Origin: Anthoceros angustus
Taxonomy: Eukaryota; Plantae; Anthocerotophyta
Length of the DNA: 64,000 bases
Direction: 5' to 3'
Assembly: GCA_010909165.1 (NCBI GenBank)
Contig: MU008179.1
Span: 1 to 64,000, forward strand
The notes under the pieces are model-generated. The model was not told the origin of the DNA. It did not search any database and was given only the letters and a program-made list of their open reading frames with translations. The position numbers were made by a program, and so were the translations under genes. Positions 24,128 through 36,690 of this stretch are shown here, in pieces; positions within the stretch are counted from its first letter, which is position 1, and every line of letters begins with the position of its first letter.

Positions 24128-26281
24128 CCACGCCTGTCGTTGCCACTGCCGCTGTTGCGAGCTGGGTTTCTAGCCGGCAATGCTGCCAGTGCATTTGGTC
24201 GCATAAAGTGAACTTGAGGACACGTGGCCCTTTACAGTTTGTGAACTTGCTTCTTCTACACACTTGTGTTACCTATGTCACTTACATATAACTCATTGCA
24301 AGGGACCATAATAATTTCATAATAATCATAGTTTCCTTTGTATACAATCACCAACCTATATAAAGCCAATACATACATAGATACACTAAAGAGCTATTTT
24401 GCAGGATAAAGCATGACAACTTATGGAAAGCTAATGTGTAGGTAGGTTTATAAAAGGGTTATATTTTAGGGTAAAGTATTGTCTTCGGTGTTAGTATGTT
24501 ATGTTGATGAGATAGATATTTCTTCATAGTGTATGTAGTGGACATAATATCATCATGGTTATTTGTGGTGCTTGCCAAAGGATATCTCTGGATTCGTTAG
24601 AGTTCTAACCTGTTTTGTGTGGTTTTTTGTTGGCTATCTTTCTCTTTCCGCGCTTTTCAAGGTCTCTCTTTACGTGCGGGCTTTCGTTGGCTATCTTTCT
24701 CAATTTGTACGGGTTTTTAAGGACTCTCCATGTGTGCGGGCTTTTGTTGATCATCTTTCTCAATCCGCATGGGTTTTCATAGATTCTCTAGCTGTGCGGG
24801 TTTTCACCTCTCATGGACTCATAGATCTCTTTCCTTGCGGGTTTTCACGAACGATGTGCACGGTGTAGTACTACATCGCCTTGCTTGGGTCGGGAATTTT
24901 GCATCTTCCATCAAGGTTGTTTGTGATCTGTTTCGTGCACAATGCGACCTTCACTTACGTTCATTGTTCTTTGTGGTATGTGTGGTGGACAATGCCACCT
25001 TCACTTGTGCTCGAAATTTCACGGTCTTTCTTGACCAAGGCTGTTTGTACATGTTGGCTGTATTGTGCACATACATTCGCGATGATGGCTCTGCATCTGG
25101 TTTAATTTGTTAACTTCATCCAGGTTGTTTGTATGTGTAGCACATGTACATACCTATGTATATAGGGTTTGTTCTTAGAAAACACACACGGATGCTGATT
25201 GTCCTACAACCGTTTTTTGTTACTGTGGTGTGTCTTACAACCGTTTTTTCGTTACTGTGGTACTTGGTGCAACTGTATTCCTGTTATTGTGGTTCACTTC
25301 CTAATCATGTGACAAGGGTTTGAGTCGTTTTTCCCGCGTTATGGTTGACTTCATTTCCCGATCATGTGATAAAGATATGAGCAATCGTTTTACGAGTATG
25401 AATGTACTCCGTTTTCTATTCTCGTTGTTGTAGTTTACTTCCTAATCTACTCCGTTTCTAATTCCCGCTGTTGTGGTTTACTTCCTAACCATGTAGTTTG
25501 AGACCGTTTTGTCCGTTATGGTTGACTCCATTTCCCGATCATGTGACAAAGATATGAGCAACAGTTTGTATGAGCAACCGTTTTACCAGTATGGATGTAC
25601 TCCGCTACCCGGTCATGGGACAAGGTATGAGCAACCATTATGGTTACTCCGGAACTCTGTAATGATCTTAATAAAATTTTAAATCTATATTCGTAGAGCA
25701 AAAGTGGCATGTATTAGGTGACGGCCGTTGGCATGTGTGAGCATTGCCAGCTGGATAGATTTCCTCACACATATGTTGGAACTTATGTTGAGATGCGCTT
25801 TGGCTTTGGGTATGTAGGTAGAGAGAGGGAAGAGCGAAGTACCTAGACAGCCCTGACCTCGGTTAGAGGACCAGTTAAGCGGTGAAACGAGCGGGCGCGC
25901 GGTACGGCTCAACACTCTCTTACAAGGATTTTGGGGCTGCTTGAGAGAGCGATGAAGCCTAAGGTCAGGGAGAGCTGGTGGGAGAGACGGCACGGACACA
26001 AGTTGGTAAGAGGAGCCCGAGCGCACAGGAGCGGTTCTACAGCGCCAGCTGTGCCACTGCATTCCGTTCGCAAGCGCCACCACTGGTAGACCGTCCCTTG
26101 GTGTTTTTTGCTCGCTACCTCAGCTCCTTCTGCGCCTTCGAATTTGGCCTGCTAGCCGTGTGTCGCACATTCGTCCTACTTTGCAGAGCGTTAGCGCTTG
26201 CGATGGTGCTGTTTGTGGTATAAGCTGGAAGGATGTGCTCATGGTCTCGGCTTGTTTAAATTTGCAGGCTAGCTGATAGCC

Positions 26282-27241
26282 ATGGCAAAGAAAGGCGAGG
26301 CTTACGAACACGTTGCGCGACGACCGCGGCCCAGTCATCCTCCTCCGGCGCCGCCGCCATCTCCAGTGCGTGGCGTCGAGGAGCCGCTGCCAATGGAAGA
26401 GGTAGCCGCAAGCGCTCTAACCATGATGGCGCAGCGGCAGGAGCAGGAGCAGTGGCGGCAGTTTATGGAGCAGCAAGCAGTGTTCCACCTGCGCCAGCTG
26501 ATGTGGCAGCGGCGGGAGCAGAGGCAGCCGGTGCTGCTACTGCAACAAACGTCCCAGCTGGGGGAGCTGCGGCAGCAGCAGCAGCAGCAGGAGCAGGAGC
26601 TGCGGCGGCAGCAGGAGCAGCAGCAGCTGCGGCAGCACCAGCACCAGCAGCGGCACCAGCACCGGCAGCGGGAGCGACAGCATCACGAGATGCAGGAGCA
26701 GCAGCAGGTGCAGATTCTGGAGCCGCCGCAAGAGGTACCGTTGCAGCTGCGCCAGGACGTGGAGGCCCAGCCTGATGAGCCCAGGCGTGAGAATGTTGAT
26801 GGAGTCTCCGGATTCCGGCGTCTCGCTCGCGCCCGGCGGCGTGCCTTGGCTCGCAATGCGATGCGAACTTGGCGCCGCGGCCGGCAGCCCCCAACCATCC
26901 AGCCCTATGGAATGGGCGCGGACCCGGGATACGTGGTGTATGGTGACGCCCCGCTGCCGCCCCTTTGCAACCGGGAGGATCATGCGAATGCTCCTGATGC
27001 GGTACCGGGTCCGGAGCGGGACGATCCGCCCACGACGGCTGGTGATCCGGTCTCAATCCATGAAGACGAGCCGACGCCCGTACCTGGCCCCGCGGATCCG
27101 GATCTGGCCAGCGGATCTGGTGCGCCGCCTCTCCTTCGAAGCACATCAACCTTGCTTACAGTGTTCCCAGTGAATGACGCACCACCTCCTGCGGCACGGG
27201 CATCCGGATCCACCCAGTCACCGGGAGCCTGCTCTGAGTAG
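26282..27241 (+). CDS. Orphan Pro/Gln-rich protein, copy A (319 aa)
   Basis: Uninterrupted ORF. ATG follows a conserved acceptor (tttgcag|gctagctgatagccATG) also seen before the homologous ATGs at 34708, 44351 and 60014. Confidence 0.62.
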   Translation: MAKKGEAYEHVARRPRPSHPPPAPPPSPVRGVEEPLPMEEVAASALTMMAQRQEQEQWRQFMEQQAVFHLRQLMWQRREQRQPVLLLQQTSQLGELRQQQQQQEQELRRQQEQQQLRQHQHQQRHQHRQRERQHHEMQEQQQVQILEPPQEVPLQLRQDVEAQPDEPRRENVDGVSGFRRLARARRRALARNAMRTWRRGRQPPTIQPYGMGADPGYVVYGDAPLPPLCNREDHANAPDAVPGPERDDPPTTAGDPVSIHEDEPTPVPGPADPDLASGSGAPPLLRSTSTLLTVFPVNDAPPPAARASGSTQSPGACSE

Positions 27242-29464
27242 CCGCGCGCGGAGCACAATTGGAGGCTTTGGAGGTACGTACTTAGGGCCAATTGAGCTTG
27301 CTTCCATGGCTGGGCTGGCTCATGAGCTTGATTCCAGGGCTTGGCATGGGAGCTGCTATGCGTTTTCTTGATCCCTGCTTCGAAACAGTTTTCAAGACGT
27401 TTGAGTGGATCCTGTAGCTGCTTATTTGTGACCTGGGCGTGAATGGCTACCGCACTCTGCAGGCTCCAAGGGGTGGTTCTGGATTGTTGCCTTAGGTCCA
27501 ATCATGATCACTGGTCCCCCTCCCGCATGCAGGTCCGCGTGCTCAGGGACTTGAGCATTGTGGAGTGCGCAATTCGAGTTCCCGGCTGGAACCCCAAGCT
27601 GCAAGAGTGGCAACGGATCATGCCAGCTTCAAGCGGAGATGAAGTCCAGTTAATTAGTGAAGGTGCAATGCACTGTAGAGTGTTTTTGTTTTGGTTGACG
27701 GATTACGCAAACAATGTGTGCGCGTAAAGTGATGTCATGCTGCAAGGGTACGATTTGCTGGTGACGAACAGAGCTCTTGAAACACGTCCCGGTAGAAACT
27801 CATGAACTGCCCCCCATGCCCCCTTGCCTCAAGCGCTGAAGTGGAGAGTCGGCGTGAAGTCACGGTGCCCACTGCCAAGGCAGCTATCGGCCGCCTACTT
27901 TATTAATATTAATCGAAGGCATAACTCATACAGTACCAGCAATGCGCAGCCCTGCTCTACCCTGCACTGCCTCTGACCTAGCCGCTACACCCGGGTACAT
28001 ATATTCTGGACAGGTATAAGCACCTGTGATCGGGGAAACACGGTCTGCTAAACCTGTGCCCGAGAATGAGAGGCACGGTGAGACATCAGCACCTCGGCAG
28101 GAAGTCCGGACCTACGGAGAGCTGGATCCCTACCTGGCAAGTTGCGACTTGCTGCAAGGGCTGGCCGCTGCTCAAGTCCACTGGGCCCCAGGGGAGGACA
28201 GGGCAGGGGAGGACAGGGCAGGGCAGGGCAGGGCAGGGCAGGGCAGGGCAGAAGGCAGGGGGCAGGGCGGGGCAGCTTTTGCCCAGGGTCATGCATGCAA
28301 CTCGACCGGGGCCGGGCCTCCTGGACAGAGCACGGTAGACAACTCCTTCAAGCTCATCTTTTCCTCAAACTCTGCCTTGAGCGGTGGCAGAGCGCTAGAA
28401 ACTACAAATGTACATACGCACATACGAGGTTGATGAATGCGGCTGACCGTGCTGGCCCCCGCCAGAGCCAGGCTGCTTAAAGCGGTGTACAACACTGGGC
28501 AGCGCGGGGCTCTGTTTACAGCCGCTCGCCTTGTCATTTTAAAATTAAGCAGCCCTGAGATGTGACTGCTCCTGCCCCCGCTCAATTGCGTAATTAATTG
28601 CAAGTATGCGGATGCCCGGACTCGGGAATTAACCTCTCTTTCTGCGCAGCATCGCTTGATTCCTTCCCAGGTTCATGCTACAAGTTCTTGGAACCACATC
28701 CGGATACGAACCTGCATTAGCAGCAGCGATGAACTGGAGGACGAGGGGGACTTGAAGGAGTGGGAGCGCACACTTGGGAGGCCCCATGGAGGGACATATT
28801 TACCTATGCGGTATGCCAGTTGGCATGGGAGAGCCTGGGAAAGCCGCTCACCAGTAGAAATACCAGTTTGCGTGGGGGAAGTTGCAGCTGAGCTCGTCCG
28901 TCCCGCGGCCAGTACAGGGCCCGGTTGGGACGGGGCGGGACGGGACGGTAAAGCAACCACCTCGGTGGCTCGCCGGGGACGAACTCGAATCTTGTGCACA
29001 TGCTGAGGGAAGCCTACTGCGTTACGCTGAGGGCTTGGAATATCCGTGGCATTTAAGTGGTGATGCCTCCCAATGCGAGCCGTTGAAAATGGCCATTCCT
29101 GTTGGTCCCTGTTCCCTAGCCCGTCCCGTTCCGCTCGTGCCCGTCTACGCCCGTCAACGGCACGGCATTGTCGGAGTCGGATAATCATGCGGTAGGTTTA
29201 AGGGCCCCAGTGTCTCGGTCCGGCCAGGCGCCGCGGACCCCCACCGCCTCCAACCACGTCCACCGGGGCGCAGTACCGGAACACTGCGTCATTGGCCTAT
29301 CACTGCCCGCTGCCCGCTGCCCGCTGCCCTCCCAAGCTGCTTCAACCGCGTGGAGAGGGTTGAGATACTCTTTCCCGCGGAGGGCTCAAAAGTCCAGGAC
29401 ATCCGGGGGTTAACTTAACCACCAGTTTACTATTAATCAGCCCATTAGTATCCCGAAAAGAGAA

Positions 29465-29481
29465 CTAGGGTTTAAACTTAC
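29465..29481 (-). promoter_or_regulatory. Telo-box (AAACCCTA) next to a minus-strand GTAAGT donor; also at 37716 and 47012
   Basis: Plus-strand 'tagggttt.aacttac' is conserved in copies A, B and C just upstream of the AP2 CT-rich leader. Confidence 0.55.
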
Positions 29482-30083
29482 TGTTAAAGTGGGAGAGTAC
29501 GCGGGTCAAACTCGGTCAAAAGCAATAGGCAAACGGAAGAGCAGCAACACTAAAGTGATGTAGCGTATACTGTATCGTTTTACCGTGGATTAATTTCATC
29601 GCTCGTCTCTCCTCTCTCTTGACGTTGTCTCCTCCTTCTCCGTCCCCCCGCCTTCTCCACTGCCACTGGCCAGTGAGTCTCACCCACAGCAGCTCCCCGG
29701 AGATCACCGGCCTTGAGCTTCTACATCGCCTGACAACAAAGAACTGCTCCATGCGTCACCGACCTGCTCCAAGCTCATCACCACCCGGAGTCCCTCGGCA
29801 AGCTCTGCTCTGCAGCGGTAAGCAATTCGACTACTGAAGGTCCTGACAAGTGGTAGCCTAGCTGACTACTCCTGGCTTCGTTTCACAGCTTGCTTCAGGC
29901 TCCTCCCCACTCTCGTGGCGGCACAGCATTTCGGATCTCTTCGTGAACGCTTGGGAGGGCTGCCAGGTACGGCATTCCTTGCCCCTTGCTCGTGAGTACA
30001 GTTATCCGGAGGAGGAGGCTTGCGATTCCAATTGCTAACAGTAATGTTGGGCTGGCTGCAGCTCCCGATAGCTACACGGGAAG

Positions 30084-32480
30084 ATGGCTCGCGTCGGGCC
30101 GTCGCGATCGCCAGTGAGCGGCGCCTTGACACTCCCGGCATCGGAGACGATTCCTTTGGTTGAAGCTGGTCCTAGGCCTGTGGCGGTCGCACCACCCCGG
30201 CTCCACATCGCAGTAGACCTCAACGTGAGCCCTGAGGAAAACGATCGCCGCATTGCGGCTTGGGAAGCTATGCATCGTCACGACCATGCATCTTCACCGC
30301 AGCTTGCTCCTCAAGACTGCTGTCCTTCCTTAAAATAAAATAAAGCTTGCCTCGACGGCTCATGTTTTAGCCTGACTCAGTTGCTCAGTCCTCCTTGCGA
30401 TTGATGCTTGATTGAACATTTTTTAGCCTGACTCAGTTGCTCAGTCCTCTCTGTGAACACCGTGATTGATGCTTGATCGAACATTTTTTAGCCTGACTCA
30501 ATCGCTCAGTCCTCTCTGTACACACCGTGATTGATGCTTGATTGAATGCTTGTGCAGGTGGGGGCTAACGATATCAAGGACGACTCTATATCCCCCTCAC
30601 CTCCCTCTAAGCTCTGCTGTGAAGATGACAGTGGGGGAATATTCGGTCCCATTAGATGGGCCAATTATCGGGCGCGATCATGCTCCCGAGCACGAAGAAG
30701 AAGAGTCATAGGGGCCACAGTAACCGGGTCAGATGCCACAGTATCGGCAGAAAGGTATGGCAAAGTGACAGATGCCACAGTGTCGGCAGAGGCCACAGTA
30801 GCCGAGTCCTTATCCTCAGCTGTAGACAACCTGGGGCATCATGAGAGCAATCGCCTTTATCGAGACACCGGTACGTGAGCCTCAGACTTGCGCCTTGATA
30901 TGCATCGTTAAGCTTCTTGCAACGTCTGCCTCCGTGCCTGCTTGACGAAGCCTTCGTAGTTCCATTGTTTTTACGCTCGTCAACAATGTCTGCAGGCTTC
31001 AAGCTCATCTACAGCTGGGCCTAAGCTCGTCTGCCGCGAATGTAAGTCTATCCTCGACTCTTCTCAAGCTTGGGAACCTCTGTACGTAGGTGCATGCAGG
31101 CTGATATTCGTGGACGAGCTTGGAGACTGACGTTGTGACAGTCTTTGCTGGATGGCAGTCCTCGTTGTATGCTGGACAGTCTGATCCGCATCTGACGCTG
31201 TGACAGTCTTTGCTGTTTCTCAATTATAACTTACTCGTTTTCTCGAGGTTCACGAGGCCAGCTTTCAGAGTTCGTTTTTTTCCTGTTTGTTTCTTAAATT
31301 CGATAGAGGACATGTACACCGGACAGTATCGTAATGTATGCAGATTGTGATATGCGTGTACTTCGTGCTTTTCAGGCTGGCTGTCCTCTACCTCGGCGCT
31401 TTGTGCCCCTCCAGGTAATTACGGGAGTCTTCGACCTCCACGCGCCTCCTACTACGACTGGAGTGCAAGGCCCACGGGACAGGCTCCCGGTTGGCCTGTT
31501 GAATTCAACAGGCCAGCCGGGGACGACACTAGCAGCATCGGAGAGGACAGGAAAGCTGTCTTTCTACTTAAGGTATGTCAAGGAGAGAACCTGGTTGCAA
31601 GAGTACCTACCAGTTGTAGATATGCAGCTCAAGTCAAGGAAGGTGACCTGTCCTAAGTCGCGATTTCATTGCGTGAATGTCCGTAAGCAGCAATGGTTTT
31701 TGTAACCTCTCAAATGTTCTCCACAAGTAGACAATTGTATGTTGCATTGAAAGCGCTTACTTGAACCTTTTGCTTTCTTGGAATTGTCTAGGAAAGGAGG
31801 CAAATTGGGGAAAGCAGCAATTCTTGGTAAGCTTTCGTTCCTCCGTTTATGAGCAGATTGTACCTTGGGACTTACATAAAAGAACTCAAACTCTTGGGTT
31901 TGCCTCTAGGTCCGGTAATTCTATTTAATCCTTTATTGTTGTACCACGTACATACATATCCTAAGGTTCATATTACAACCAGCTAGAAGCTGCAAGGTAT
32001 GTACCAATTCAATTTGGTTTGATGTATGCTTTAGATGGTCGCTAGTAAAACGTGTATCTCTCTGTTTGAAAATGTGCAGAACTTATGATAGAAGGTATCC
32101 CAAGTTTGTTGGTCGGAAGCTCCCATAAATTTCAAATTTCAAGTCAATTTGAAATTTCAAGTCATACTCTCACAACGACGTCTGCATGAAAGAGGCAAGG
32201 ACTGCATGAGACAGGTTAGTTTCTAATAACGTTTTTGCTTTTGCTAGTTTTAATATAAAAATTTCAAATATTATATATTAATTAATAAATTTCTTTAGTC
32301 ATTTCTTTTCTGGTAGTTTAATTTCTATTATAATGATCTATTCTCAAATTTTTTAAATATCTAAGTATGAAAAAAATATAAGTTTAATAACTATTGTATA
32401 AATTTTGAGTCATACAGATTGAACTCATGAGTAACGATCAATTCCTTGACTGGTCTGGACGCATCCTTGAATGGTCTGGA
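30084..32480 (+). pseudogene. AP2-domain gene copy A (deleted and truncated)
   Basis: MARVGPS..DLNVSPEENDRRIAAWEA, then a deletion into intron 2 (~30270). Remnant exons at ~30559, ~30996, ~31376, ~31791 and ~32080. AP2-R1 is damaged and the gene ends in an amplified linker exon. Confidence 0.85.
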
Positions 32481-32672
32481 TGCATGGATAAGTGACGATC
32501 AATTCCTTGAATGGTCTGGATGCATGGATAAGTGACGATCAATTCCTTGAATGTTCTGGATGCATGGATAAGTGACGATCAATTCCTTGAATGGTCTCTA
32601 CACATGGATGAGCAACGATCAATTCCTTGATTGGTCTGGACGCATCCTTGAATGGTCTGGATGCATGGATAA
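32436..32672 (+). repeat. ~40-bp minisatellite derived from the AP2 linker exon
   Basis: Unit 'gatcaattccttgaatggtctggatgcatggataagtgac' resembles 50808-50838 of the intact copy. Confidence 0.88.
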
Positions 32673-33044
32673 GCAACACATCTAGGCCTTCTGATTTGCA
32701 CCAGCATCTTCTCTACCGCGATGAGGTTCTATCTAGACCTTTGTGTCTAGACCAAGTCCAACCTATAGCATGTAGCCTCCAACTTATGGCGTGTTTCCTC
32801 AGGACTTGTAGTTGTGGGCCCCCACAATGAATCTGCGAGCCACTTAATTCATTATCCAATTGGTAGGCAGTACTAGTGCATTATTACTACACATGATGCG
32901 ATATGAGATATCATGTTCTCAGTGGCCAAGGAGACCAGATTTTTTTTTCCTTTTAAGGAGTGCCCATATGCTTTGCTTAGCATTGTCTTTATCAGGGCTA
33001 ACCTATTCCTGACCTGGGGATTAGGTTTCTACTGCAGATGTTGT

Positions 33045-33358
33045 TGTAATAGACCGGATGCAAGCGAAGATCTATGTGAGCATCATCGTTAAGGAGCACC
33101 CGCGCTCAAGGCGCGCGAGCATGAGAATCTGAGAGAGTATTGTTGGCCATATCCCGCCAGTCTTGTATCCCGCGGGATAGCATCTTGTTCTTCACCCTAG
33201 GACGTTAGTCTCTTGACTAGATTGGATGAGTTCATTAATTGGGGATAGGCTTACTCACAACTAACCTAACTAAGGTTCCATTCTAACCCTTGTCTACCCT
33301 AAGTTCCCCTCGTTGCTAAGCGTGCCTCTTACTACGGCAGCCATCCGGTCGATGACCA
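33045..33358 (+). mobile_element. Putative LTR remnant
   Basis: Imperfect terminal inverted repeat 'tgtaatagaccggatg' / 'catccggtcgatgacca', followed by a PBS-like 'gttggct'. No pol motifs seen. Confidence 0.4.
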
Positions 33359-34289
33359 GTTGGCTCAGTAATATTGAGCTCCTTGCTAGCTCGTTCGTCC
33401 ATGAGTTGCACTAGCCATGGCGTCGGATTCGGGACACCATCTGCGAGGGTGTCATCGTCAACCCTCCGGGTGGGGCTGCGAAGGTATTTGCTAGTGTTAA
33501 GGTTCACAAGTATACTCGTATCCAAGAAGGCCATGTTTTTATTCTCTTTGCTTTCGAGACTTTGCTAGTGTTAAGGTTCATAAGTATACCCGTATCCAAG
33601 AAGGCCATGTTTTTATTCTCTTTGCTTTGGAGACTCATGGGGCCATGGGCAAAGACTTCTCGAGGTTCATCGATCATGGTTAGGAAGGACACATTCCCAC
33701 TCGAATGTTGGTTGTCTATGGAGGCATGTGCAACTGTTTCCTTTTGTTGTGGCTTCATTCATGATCATATATGTGACAAAATTAAGTTTGATAATGAGCA
33801 AAGTTTTTACCCATTACTCCACATCCTTGGTCCATGAGTATTTTTATATTTGGTATATGAATACCGTCATAGAGTTCTGGTCGATGTAGTAATATTTATT
33901 TTAAAATGATTTGAAAATTAGTAATAAATAAAATTTAATATTTATAAATTAAAATATAATTTTAACTTTATAATTTCATATTCAAGTAGAAGTAATATAC
34001 TCATAATATACACCGTGTGTACTTTGCTAGCAAGATATGATCCGCAAAACACTTGAATTTATAATTTAAAATATATAATTATATTTTTAAAATATATAAT
34101 ATTTTATAATGCTGTTGTTAGTGAAAACACATCGTAGCAGGTTATGGGTGCTCTAGCAAGATGCATAGAAAGAACTGGAAGAGCAAAAAAGCACCTCGGA
34201 ATCGGCCGCGGGTAACAGCCTTGACCTCCGTTAGAGGAGAGGACAGCTCGCGGCACGGTTCAATGTCCCTCTTACAAGGGTTTTCGGGT

Positions 34290-36690
34290 TGCTGTGAGAT
34301 AGACGAAGGAAGGGGAGAGCTGAGCTGGTGGTGGGAGAGACAGCACGGACACAAGTTCTTTGCCAGAGTGGGGAGCTCGAGCGCACAGGCTAGGGGTCGC
34401 TGCTCTGCGCTATCTGCGTCACTGCATTCCGCTAGCTGCAGGTAAAGTTGCAAACACCTTGCTCGCTACACCAGCTTCTTCCGCGCATTCGAATTTGGCC
34501 TGGTAGCTATGTGTTGCACATTCCTCCTACTTTGCTGATCGATGGCGCTTCTGATCATGCTATTTGTGGGGTGAGTTCCAAGGATGTTGTGCACATGTGA
34601 CCATGCTGTGCAGCGTCTTTCTTAGCTTTGTTTGCGCGCGCGAGATTGAGCACTTGGTAATTAGCGTGCTCATGACCTCGGCTTTTTTTCCAGGCGAGCT
34701 GATAGCCATGCCAAGGAGGAAAGGTGCACGACTATGGTTTCAACGAGAGCGTCGACTGCTGCAAGGGAAACAGCCAAAAACGTTTAGCTCCAGGATTCGG
34801 ATTCTGCCCTTGGAGCAGCAAGCAGTACCGGAGAATGTGCAAGAAGCACCGGTTGCGCAGGTGCGGTCGCGGGCGTATGTAAATCTCGACGTCGCAGTAT
34901 TATTCCACAACACGTTTTTGAGGAGCTTGAGGTTGCCCGCAGAGGTAAGCTTGCTTCGGTTTCCCCTGGCTTTTCTGCGGACTGCACCAGCGGTAACCGC
35001 CGGCCGCCCTTGCTAACCCGGCCATGATCATCCGTTTGCTCCTGTTGCACCACAGGCTCCTGCTCCTGCTCCGGGTCCGGGTCCGGGTCCGGGTCAGGCC
35101 CCGGACGCCCCGCCCACGACTGCCCCTCATCCGGTCCTGGATCCGGATGAAGATGACCCCGCGGCCGAGGCTGGCACCGCAGATCCGGATCTGGCCAGCA
35201 GATCCAGTCCATCGTTCCTCCCCGGGCCCGGATCGACCTTGGTATCAGTGTTCCGTCCAAGACATGCACCTCGTTGGGTTGGCGCGGCCAGCTTGTACGT
35301 CGACTAAGTAGCCTCGGGAAGCACAAGGAAGCGTTGGAGGTACATACTTCGAGCCCATTGAGTTTTTTTCCATGCCTGGGAAGACTGAGCTTGTTTCCAT
35401 GGCTTGGTGTGGGGCCTGCTACTCGTTCTCAAGAAAACATGTGTGATCCCTGCTTTGGAACTGTTTTCAAGAGTTTGCCTGGATCCATGGCGGTTGCTGT
35501 GAGATAGACGAAGGAAGGGAGAGCTGAGCTGGTGGTGGGAGAGACAGCACGGACACAAGTTCTTTGCCAGAGTGGGGAGCTCGAGCGCACAGGCTAGGGT
35601 CGCTGCTCTGCGCTATCTGCGTCACTGCATTCCGCTAGCTGCAGGTAAAGTTGCAAACACCTTGCTCGCTACACCAGCTTCTTCCGCGCATTCGAATTTG
35701 GCCTGGTAGCTATGTGTTGCACATTCCTCCTACTTTGCTGATCGATGGCGCTTCTGATCATGCTATTTGTGGGTGAGTTCCAAGGATGTTGTGCACATGT
35801 GACCATGCTGTGCAGCGTCTTTCTTAGCTTTGTTTGCGCGCGAGATTGAGCACTTGGTAATTAGCGTGCTCATGACCTCGGCTTTTTTCCAGGCGAGCTG
35901 ATAGCCATGCCAAGGAGGAAAGGTGCACGACTATGGTTTCAACGAGAGCGTCGACTGCTGCAAGGGAAACAGCCAAAACGTTTAGCTCCAGGATTCGGAT
36001 TCTGCCCTTGGAGCAGCAAGCAGTACCGGAGAATGTGCAAGAAGCACCGGTTGCGCAGGTGCGGTCGCGGGCGTATGTAAATCTCGACGTCGCAGTATTA
36101 TTCCACAACACGTTTTTGAGGAGCTTGAGGTTGCCCGCAGAGGTAAGCTTGCTTCGGTTTCCCTGGCTTTTCTGCGGACTGCACCAGCGGTAACCGCCGG
36201 CCGCCCTTGCTAACCCGGCCATGATCATCCGTTTGCTCCTGTTGCACCACAGGCTCCTGCTCCTGCTCCGGGTCCGGGTCCGGGTCCGGTCAGGCCCCGG
36301 ACGCCCCCACGACTGCCCCTCATCCGGTCCTGGATCCGGATGAAGATGACCCCGCGGCCGAGGCTGGCACCGCAGATCCGGATCTGGCCAGCAGATCCAG
36401 TCCATCGTTCCTCCCCGGGCCCGGATCGACCTTGGTATCAGTGTTCCGTCCAAGACATGCACCTCGTTGGGTTGGCGCGGCCAGCTTGTACGTCGACTAA
36501 GTAGCCTCGGGAAGCACAAGGAAGCGTTGGAGGTACATACTTCGAGCCCATTGAGTTTTTTTCCATGCCTGGGAAGACTGAGCTTGTTTCCATGGCTTGG
36601 TGTGGGGCCTGCTACTCGTTCTCAAGAAAACATGTGTGATCCCTGCTTTGGAACTGTTTTCAAGAGTTTGCCTGGATCCATGGCGGTTGC
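34290..36690 (+). repeat. Near-identical ~1.2 kb tandem duplication containing the orphan ORF
   Basis: 'gctgtgagatagacgaaggaagg' at ~34291 and ~35496. Copies differ almost only in homopolymer or microsatellite length. Confidence 0.92.
34708..35308 (+). CDS. Orphan protein copy B (frameshift or small intron near 34945-35000); duplicate at ~35907-36500
   Basis: Starts MPRRKGARLW. A downstream frame reads DAPPTT..ADPDLAS..GSTLVSVFRP, homologous to copies A and C. Confidence 0.5.

Larger units (their letters stand above)
25830..32680 (+). repeat. Cassette copy A (orphan ORF, conserved middle block, AP2 pseudogene)
   Basis: Collinear similarity with 33840-41470, 43100-52140 and 59420-62910 over promoter, introns and exons. 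Confidence 0.9.

Noticed and set aside
26463-27149. Ala-rich and Leu-rich overlapping ORFs
   Set aside because: These are alternative frames of the CAG-rich tract. Only the 26282 frame has a conserved start context.
27720-28560. C/D box snoRNA cluster suggested by the telo-box and TGATG/CTGA words
   Set aside because: The boxes are not conserved between cassette copies and no rRNA-complementary guides were recognised.
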